Part shown: in pieces, positions 57,663 through 64,000 of the stretch
Position numbering within the stretch: the first letter of the stretch is position 1
Layout of the letters: each line of letters begins with the position of its first letter
Assembly: GCA_965200555.1 (NCBI GenBank)
Contig: OZ241365.1
Span: 371,719-435,718, forward strand
Length of the DNA: 64,000 nucleotides
Direction: 5' to 3'
From: Dehalococcoidia bacterium
GTDB taxonomy: Bacteria > Chloroflexota > Dehalococcoidia > UBA2979
Position numbers and translations under genes: made by a program
The notes under the pieces: model-generated
What the model was told of the DNA's origin: nothing
Database searches by the model: none
Seen by the model: only the letters and a program-made list of their open reading frames with translations

Positions 57663-58711
57663 TGTAGGTCCCAGGGAGGTTGTTGACAGGCGAGGAGCCT
57701 CGCTGCTGCCGTTGCGTGAGCAACAGCGACGACGGCAGGAGGCTCCTCGTGTCCCACCCTAACGCACGGTTGACCCCGAAGGCGCGCCTCGACCTCGTGT
57801 TGGAGGTCGAGGCCGGCTGGACCCGGGCCGAGGCGGCGCGGCGGTTCCGTGTCTCGCGCGCCACCGCCGCCAAGTGGGTGCGCCGCTACCGCGGCGAGGG
57901 CGAGGCCGGCCTGCGCGACCGCTGCTCGCGCCCGCGCCGGTCGCCCGGCATCACGGCGCCGTCCGAGGCGGAGGCCGTCCTCGGGTTGCGCCGCGAGCGC
58001 GGCTGGGGGCCGCACCGCATCGCCTGGGCGCTGGGCATGGCCCCCTCCACCGCATACGCCGTCCTGCGCCGGGCCGGTCTCCACCGCCGCGACCGGATGC
58101 ACCGCGTCAGCCGCGAGGTCGTGCGCTACGAGCGCGGCAGGCCGGGCGAGCTGCTGCACCTCGACGTCAAGAAGCTCGGGCGCGTCCCGCCGGGCGGCGG
58201 CAAGCGCTTCGCGCCCGGCTTCGCGGAGACCCGCAGCGGACCGAGGGGCAGGGGCAGGGGCGGCGGCGGCATCGACTGCGTGCACGTCGCCGTGGACGAC
58301 CGCTCGCGCTACGCCTACGCCGAGGCGCTGCCGGACGAGCGCGGCGTCACCACCGCGGCCTTCCTCGAGCGGGCGATCGCCCGCTTCGCCGGCCTCGGCG
58401 TGCGGGTGGAGCGGGTGCTCACCGACAACGGCGGGAACTACCTCAGCGGCGCCTTCCGCGAGATGGCCGCGGCGCACGGGGTGGGGCTGCGGCGGACGAG
58501 GCCGTACCGGCCGCAGACCAACGGCAAGGCCGAGGCGTTCATCAAGATCCTGCAGGACGAGTGGGCGTACCGCCGCGCCTACGGCTCGAACGCGGAGCGG
58601 CTCGCCTGCCTCCCGGTCTTCCTGAGCGAGTACAATCACGCCCGTCCGCACGGCGGCATCGGCGGGGCCGTGCCCGCCTCCCGCCTGTAAACAACGTCCC
58701 TGGGACCTACA
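57663..58711 (+). mobile_element. IS481-family insertion sequence (1049 bp)
   Basis: 26-bp imperfect IRs TGTAGGTCCCAGGGAGGTTGTTGACA / TGTAAACAACGTCCCTGGGACCTACA; 6-bp TSD CCTAGC at 57657-57662 and 58712-58717. Confidence 0.97.
57749..58690 (+). CDS. IS481 DDE transposase
   Basis: HPNARLT, PGELLHLDVKKLG, VDDRSR, LTDNG, PQTNGKAE, YNHARPH. Confidence 0.97.
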   Translation: MSHPNARLTPKARLDLVLEVEAGWTRAEAARRFRVSRATAAKWVRRYRGEGEAGLRDRCSRPRRSPGITAPSEAEAVLGLRRERGWGPHRIAWALGMAPSTAYAVLRRAGLHRRDRMHRVSREVVRYERGRPGELLHLDVKKLGRVPPGGGKRFAPGFAETRSGPRGRGRGGGGIDCVHVAVDDRSRYAYAEALPDERGVTTAAFLERAIARFAGLGVRVERVLTDNGGNYLSGAFREMAAAHGVGLRRTRPYRPQTNGKAEAFIKILQDEWAYRRAYGSNAERLACLPVFLSEYNHARPHGGIGGAVPASRL

Positions 58712-58996
58712 CCTAGCCAGCCACAGGTCCACCTCCGCGGAGCAGTCCGCCTCGCCGCACAGCACGGCCTCGGCCATCTCCGCCGACGAGCGCCCGTACT
58801 CGCGCTCGAAGCGCCGCACGTAGCGCTCGAACAACCGGATGTCGTCCGCGAGCGCCCGCGACCGCCGCCGGATGCGGACGGCCGAGGGCAGCGCCTGCGT
58901 CTCCGCCGTCAGTGTACCGCCGCGCCTCGACGCCGCACCGTGCGGACGAGGACGACCCGCGCCGTGGCCGCGCCCGTGAGTGGCGCGGCGGGGCGC

Positions 58997-59782
58997 TCAC
59001 AGCACCGTCACGTCGCCCGCCGCAAAGGCGTGCGTGCCGCCGCCGTCGAGGCGCAGCACGAGGCTGCCCTCGGCGGTGACGTCGACGGCCTCGCCCTCGA
59101 CGTCGCCGCCGGGGGTGGCGAGGCGCACGCGCGAGCCGAGCATCGCGAGGCGCGCGCGCCAGTCGGCGAGCAGGCGGTCGGGGGCCGACTCGGCCTGCGC
59201 GGCGCGGCCCTCGAGGGCCTCGCAGAGCGCGGCGAGCAGCGTCTCGGCGTCCGGCGGCGCCGCGCCCTCGCCCTCGATGCTCGTGGCGAGCGCGCGCTCG
59301 GCGCCGGGCAGGCCGGCGATGGCCGCCTCGCCGAGGTTGACGCCGACGCCGAGGAAGACGTCGGCCTCGACCGCCCCCTGCTGCGCCTCGGCGAGGACGC
59401 CCGCCAGCTTGCGCCCGCCCGCGAGCACGTCGTTGGGCCACTTGAGCGCCGTTTCGAGGCCGCTCGCGGCCGTCACCGCCTCGGCGGCGGCGAGCGCCCC
59501 GGCGAGGCCGAGGAACGGCGCGAAGGCGATGTCGAGGGCGCAGAGGTGGAACGTGACGGCGAGCGAGGCGCCGGGCGCGCCCTGCCACGGGCGGCGGAAG
59601 CGCCCGCGGCCGGCGGTCTGCTCGCCCGCGAGGTAGGCGTCGCCGCAGCCCTCGCCGCCGCGCGCCGCGGCCCCTGCGCGCGCGTCGTCCATCGTCGAGG
59701 GGGTGCGCTCGCGGTAGTGCACCAGCGCGCCGATCAGGCCGCCGTGGTGCAGCTCCTCGTAGCGGTCCTGGTCGAAGGGCAC
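58997..59782 (-). CDS. birA: Biotin-[acetyl-CoA carboxylase] ligase (no HTH)
   Basis: STMD, QTAGRGR...W, LKWPNDV, KLAGVL, GVGVN. Confidence 0.95.
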   Translation of the reverse strand: MPFDQDRYEELHHGGLIGALVHYRERTPSTMDDARAGAAARGGEGCGDAYLAGEQTAGRGRFRRPWQGAPGASLAVTFHLCALDIAFAPFLGLAGALAAAEAVTAASGLETALKWPNDVLAGGRKLAGVLAEAQQGAVEADVFLGVGVNLGEAAIAGLPGAERALATSIEGEGAAPPDAETLLAALCEALEGRAAQAESAPDRLLADWRARLAMLGSRVRLATPGGDVEGEAVDVTAEGSLVLRLDGGGTHAFAAGDVTVL

Positions 59783-59836
59783 GGGGCGCTCCTCGCGGTT
59801 CGGGCCTCGCGGCGGGGCGGCGACTGGCGGGGGCGG

Positions 59837-59869
59837 AAAAGGAGCACCCCGGCCGGAGCCGGGGTGCTC
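59837..59869 (-). terminator. Intrinsic terminator
   Basis: GAGCACCCCGGC-TCCG-GCCGGGGTGCTC followed by CTTTT. Confidence 0.8.
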
Positions 59870-59890
59870 GCGAAGTCACACGGGCCCGGA

Positions 59891-59959
59891 TCAGCCCGCC
59901 GACACCTCCGCGGAGATGTCCCGCTGCCCCTCCGGGCCGTGACTACGTTGGTCGTCCAT
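59891..59959 (-). CDS. Putative 22-aa peptide or short ORF within a small RNA
   Basis: Extended SD AAGGAGGTGAT; MDDQRSHGPEGQRDISAEVSAG; own promoter and terminator. Confidence 0.45.
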   Translation of the reverse strand: MDDQRSHGPEGQRDISAEVSAG

Positions 59960-59987
59960 GCAGGCATCACCTCCTTCCTTGCCCGTG

Positions 59988-60016
59988 ACCATAGGGCCGG
60001 AACGCGTCGGCGTCAA
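59988..60016 (-). promoter_or_regulatory. Sigma70-type promoter
   Basis: TTGACG-N17-TATGGT. Confidence 0.7.
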
Positions 60017-60288
60017 ACGCCCCCGCGACGAGGCGAGACGCCCGCCACGAAGCCGGTGCGCCTGCCGCTCCAACCTCCGTCGCGCCGTCCTGCCCGCACG
60101 CGGAGGCGGGCCTGCTCCGCGGCCCGCGGGCGCTCCCCTGCGCGCCGTAACAGCCGCCCGCGCGTTATGTCCTATGCTCTCATCCGCCTCGCAGCCTGCC
60201 GCCCCTCGCCGCCCGCGTCGCGCCGTGGGCTACGATGGCGGCCCCGCGCCCGCCGCCGGCGGGCGGCCCTCGCCGTTGGGAGGCGCCC

Positions 60289-61596
60289 GTGGCGCAGAGC
60301 GCGCGTCCCGAGGGCGCGGCGGCGCCCTCGCGCCGTCCCCGCGTCTTCTACGGCTACTACATGCTCGGCTCGATGATGGGCATCCACTGGTACATGAGCG
60401 CCGCGTTCGTGTACGGGTTCGGCGCGCTGTTCGTGCCGATCCTCGACACCTTCGGGTGGAGCCGCGGCGTCGGGTCGCTGGCGGCTTCGTTCCGGCAGCC
60501 GGTCGGCGGGGCGATGGGGCCGCTCGTGGGCCTCTTCGTCGACCGCTACGGGGCGCGGCCGGTGGTGATCGCGGGCGTGCTCGTCACGGCGCTGGGGCTG
60601 ATGTCGCTGAGCCAGCTGCGGGCGCTGTGGATGCTGTTCGCCTCGTTCGGGCTGATCTCGCTCGGCATGAGCGCGACGCTCGGCGTCGGCTTCAACTCGG
60701 CGATCGTCAACTGGTTCCGGCGCAGCCGCGGGCGCGCGCTCGGCATCGGCTACTCGGGGGCGATCCTGAGCGGGCCGTTCGTGGGCGTCGTGGTGTGGAT
60801 GGAGGCGGCGTGGGGCTGGCGGGAGACGGCGTTCCTGCTCGGCCTCGGGATGCTGGCGATCGGCCTGCCGCTGTCGCTGATCGTGCGGACGCGCCCCTCC
60901 GACGTCGGCCAGCTGCCCGACGGCGACGACCCCTCGGACCCCGAGGCCGCGGCCGCCGCCCGCGAGGCCGAGGCCGGCGGCCCGCAGGCGGGCGCGCGCG
61001 AGGCGCTCGGCGACCGCAACCTGTGGCTGCTCGGCCTCGTCTACGGCCTGCTCTCGATGGGCGTCTCCGGCTTCATGCTGCACCAGATCCCGTACTTCGA
61101 GAGCCTCGGCTTCGGGCGTGCGGCAGCGGCGAGCACGCTCGCCTACTTCACGCTGCTGAGCGTGGCGGGGCGTGTCGGCACGGGCCTCGCGATGGACTGG
61201 ATGGGGCGGCGCGGCCTCGATCTGCGGCTCGTGCCGGCCGGGCTGCTCGCGATCCAGGCGCTGGCGCTGGCGTGGGTCGCGCACGTCGAGGCGTACTGGC
61301 AGGTGTTGCCCTTCGCGCTCGCGTTCGGCGTCTCCTTCGGCGGCATGATCCCCTCGCGCCCGATCCTGACCGCGCGCCTCTTCGGGCTGCGCCGCTATGG
61401 CACGATCCAGGGCACGCTCAACTTCCTCGTGATCCCGTTCTCCGTCGTCTCGCCGATGCTGCTCGGCCTCTTCTACGACTGGCGCGGCGACTACTACGCG
61501 GCGGTGCTGCTGCTGGCCGCGCTCAACGCCGCCGGCGTCGCATCCGCCTTCCTGCTCCGCCTCCCGCCCCCCGAACCCGAGGCCCGCGCCGCGTGA
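60289..61596 (+). CDS. MFS transporter
   Basis: VFYGY, FGWSRG, GLFVDRYGAR, VNWFRRSRGRALG, about 12 TM segments; alternative start at 60235. Confidence 0.93.
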   Translation: MAQSARPEGAAAPSRRPRVFYGYYMLGSMMGIHWYMSAAFVYGFGALFVPILDTFGWSRGVGSLAASFRQPVGGAMGPLVGLFVDRYGARPVVIAGVLVTALGLMSLSQLRALWMLFASFGLISLGMSATLGVGFNSAIVNWFRRSRGRALGIGYSGAILSGPFVGVVVWMEAAWGWRETAFLLGLGMLAIGLPLSLIVRTRPSDVGQLPDGDDPSDPEAAAAAREAEAGGPQAGAREALGDRNLWLLGLVYGLLSMGVSGFMLHQIPYFESLGFGRAAAASTLAYFTLLSVAGRVGTGLAMDWMGRRGLDLRLVPAGLLAIQALALAWVAHVEAYWQVLPFALAFGVSFGGMIPSRPILTARLFGLRRYGTIQGTLNFLVIPFSVVSPMLLGLFYDWRGDYYAAVLLLAALNAAGVASAFLLRLPPPEPEARAA

Positions 61597-61713
61597 CGAG
61601 GACCGGGGACGGCGGCCCGCCCCTCCATGCGATGAACGGCCGCCGCACCCGAGGCCGCCGCCGCGCGGCGTGCGGCCCTCGCGCGCTGCGGCGAACGCGC
61701 TACGCTGTGCGCG

Positions 61714-62208
61714 ATGGCGGCGAAGAAGACGATCTACCTCGCCAACCCCTACGGCTTTTCCGCCCAGCAGAAGGCGGCGCTGCTGCCGCCCCTCGTCTCC
61801 GCACTGGAGGCGCTGGGCCTCGAGGTCTGGGAGCCGTTCGGGCGCAACAACCAGATCGACTTCCTCGCGGCGGGCTGGGCGCACCGCATCGCCCGGGCCG
61901 ACGCGCGCGACGTGGCCGGGGCCGACGCGATCTTCGCCGTCGTCAACGGCGTCCCGCCCGACGAGGGCGTGATGGTCGAGCTCGGCATGGCGATCGCGCT
62001 CGGCAAGCCCACGTTCCTCTTCCGCGACGACCACCGCCGCGCCACCGAGAGCGAGGAGTACCCGCTCAACCTGATGCTGTTCGCCGGCCTCCCCGCCGAG
62101 GGCTGGCGCGAGTCCTTCTACACCTCGATCGGCGAGATCGGAGCGCCCGACAAGGCGCTCGCGCGCTGGGCCGCCGGCGACGACGGCGGGGACGGAGCGG
62201 CCCGCTAG
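61714..62208 (+). CDS. Nucleoside 2-deoxyribosyltransferase family protein
   Basis: IYLANPYGFS, PPDEGVMVELGMA, LNLML. Confidence 0.9.
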   Translation: MAAKKTIYLANPYGFSAQQKAALLPPLVSALEALGLEVWEPFGRNNQIDFLAAGWAHRIARADARDVAGADAIFAVVNGVPPDEGVMVELGMAIALGKPTFLFRDDHRRATESEEYPLNLMLFAGLPAEGWRESFYTSIGEIGAPDKALARWAAGDDGGDGAAR

Positions 62209-64000
62209 CCGATCACGCCCGCCGCGCGCAGCTCGTCCAGCTCCGCGTCGGTGAGGCCGAGCAGCCCGCCGAACACCTCGCGGTTGTGCTCGCCGAGCAG
62301 CGGCGAGGGCCGGTAGCCGCGATCGGGCATCGCCGAGAAGCGTCCGGGCGTGCCCGCGATCTCGCGCGGCCCCAGCTCGGCGTGATCGACGGTGGCGAGG
62401 TAGCCGCGCTCGCGCAGATCGCCGTCGGCTGCGAGGTCGCGCACGCCCCACGAGGGCCCCGCCGGGACGCCGCGCGCCTGCAGCAGCGCCGCGAGCGCCT
62501 CGGCCTCGCCGCCGCGCGTCCACGCCCCGATGCCGGCGTCGATGGCGTCGTGGTGCGCGCGGCGGCCCTCGGCCGAGGCGTAGCGCGCGTCGAGCGCCCA
62601 CGCGGGCCGCCCCATCGCCTCGGCGAGCGCCGCCCACTGCCCGTCGGTCTCGACGGTGAGCGCGAGCCAGCGGTCGTCGCCGGCGGCGCGGTAGACGCCC
62701 TGCGGCGCGTGCCGCGGGTGGCGGTTGCCGTCGCGCGGCGGGTCGAGGCCGCGGTACTCGTGCTCCAGCAGCGGCTCCGGCGTCATCGCGGCGACGGTCT
62801 CGGCCATCGAGAGGTCGATGTGCTGGCCGCGCCCGCTGCGGGCGCGTTCGCGCAGCGCGACGAGCACCGAGAACGCCATCTGCACGCCGATCGCGAAGTC
62901 GGGGTAGGCGCCGCCGTAGGCCGCGGGCGGGCCGCCGCGGTAGCCGGTGATCCAGGGCAGGCCCGTGTACGCCAGCGTCGTCGGCCCCCAGCCCGTCGCC
63001 GCCGCCTCGGGGCCGGTCTGGCCGAGCGGCGAGCCGGACAGCATGACGACGTCCGGCCGCGCCTCGCGCAGCGCCTCGTAGCCGAGGCCGAGGCGCTCGA
63101 GCACGCCCGAGGAGAAGTTCTCGGTCACGACGTCGCAGCGCGCGGCCAGCCGCAGCGCGAGGTCGCGCCCGCGCGGGTCGGAGAGGTTGAGGGTGACGCC
63201 GAGCTTGCCGTAGTTGAGGCCGTTGAACGCGCCGGAACGGTTGAGGCCCAGCTCCCCGTCCACGCCGCGCGTCATCCCCTGCGCGCGGATCAGGTCGAGC
63301 CGAGCCTCGCTCTCGACGCGGATCACCTCCGCGCCGAACGCTCCCAGCCACGCCGTCGCGTGCGGCACGGAGAGGATCCACCCGAAATCGAGGACCCTCA
63401 CCCCCTCCAGCGGCCGGTCGCGCGCGCCGCCGCCCGCCGCCCCCGCGCGCGGCGGCGCGCCGCCCGCCCCCCGCGCCTCGCGAGGGGCGGCCTCGGCCTC
63501 GGCGAGCGCCTCGGCGGTGTGCTGGCCGAGGCGCGGCGCAGGGCGGTCGAGGGCCCAGCGCGTGACCGAGCAGCGCACGGGCGCGCCGGGCTGGACGCGC
63601 CGCCCGGCCTCGCCGTGATCGGCCTCGGCGAAGAAGCCGCGCGCCCCGAACTGCGGCGAGGCGCGCATCTCGGCCGGCGAGTAGACCGGAAAGCACGGAA
63701 TCCGGTGCGCGATCGACATCCGGTACAGCTCGTCGCGCGTGTACGCCCGCGCCCACTCCCGCACGTGCGGCTCGATGTCGCCCACGCGCTCGTTGCGGCC
63801 CGTGCCGGTCAGGTACGCCTCGTCCCGCGCCCACTCCGGCTCGCCCATCATCCGCCGCAGCGACAGCCACCAGTGGTCGAGGCCCCACGGACTGAGGAAC
63901 ACCCAGCCGTCGGCGCAGGGCACGACCATCCCGAACGACGCCTTCTCGCGCCCGCCCAGCGGATCGGGGTTGTGCGCGAGCATGTTCCACGTCATCCGCA
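62205..64000 (-). CDS. CaiB/BaiF CoA-transferase, two-domain form (5' end outside the window)
   Basis: PAPRLGQHT, PLEGVRVLDFG, GAEVIRVES, DVVTENF, PLLGEHN. Confidence 0.93.
   Translation of the reverse strand, partial: RMTWNMLAHNPDPLGGREKASFGMVVPCADGWVFLSPWGLDHWWLSLRRMMGEPEWARDEAYLTGTGRNERVGDIEPHVREWARAYTRDELYRMSIAHRIPCFPVYSPAEMRASPQFGARGFFAEADHGEAGRRVQPGAPVRCSVTRWALDRPAPRLGQHTAEALAEAEAAPREARGAGGAPPRAGAAGGGARDRPLEGVRVLDFGWILSVPHATAWLGAFGAEVIRVESEARLDLIRAQGMTRGVDGELGLNRSGAFNGLNYGKLGVTLNLSDPRGRDLALRLAARCDVVTENFSSGVLERLGLGYEALREARPDVVMLSGSPLGQTGPEAAATGWGPTTLAYTGLPWITGYRGGPPAAYGGAYPDFAIGVQMAFSVLVALRERARSGRGQHIDLSMAETVAAMTPEPLLEHEYRGLDPPRDGNRHPRHAPQGVYRAAGDDRWLALTVETDGQWAALAEAMGRPAWALDARYASAEGRRAHHDAIDAGIGAWTRGGEAEALAALLQARGVPAGPSWGVRDLAADGDLRERGYLATVDHAELGPREIAGTPGRFSAMPDRGYRPSPLLGEHNREVFGGLLGLTDAELDELRAAGVIG

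Larger units (their letters stand above)
57588..58834 (-). pseudogene. TumA-like antitoxin interrupted by IS481
   Basis: Removing the IS gives FERYVRRFEREYGRSSAEM...GEADCSAEVDLWLARYRRLQDL...TTTST*. Confidence 0.65.

Noticed and set aside
59966-59976. ATCACCTCCTT resembling the 16S rRNA 3' end
   Set aside because: No other rRNA sequence nearby; better explained as a strong SD on the minus strand.

Overview
Very GC-rich bacterial chromosomal segment. The gene content (tandem-domain HisG, F420-type LLM, CaiB CoA-transferase, plant-type LRR lipoproteins) suggests a Dehalococcoidia-like Chloroflexota, possibly host-associated; this taxonomy is inference. The backbone is housekeeping: purB/purE/purD/guaA, tsaC, ctpA-smpB-tmRNA, rarA, a ribBA-like gene, purC/purS, hisZ-G-D-C-B and birA. 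Accessory DNA includes a complete type I-C CRISPR-Cas locus (25 repeats plus a degenerate trailer repeat), three toxin-antitoxin pairs (VapBC, Panacea, TumA/TumE-like interrupted by an IS481), three paralogous LRR lipoproteins with constant N-termini and hypervariable C-termini, and several lower-GC orphan genes. The top finding is a hidden two-repeat CRISPR mini-array between cas3 and cas5 (47630-47726). Its 24-nt spacer matches the probable promoter of the cas5-8-7 operon about 120 bp away, next to a TTA PAM-like motif, which points to RNA-guided cas autoregulation. Several genes carry frameshifts or stop codons, which may be decay or sequencing error. All calls come from reading motifs by eye; no searches were run.
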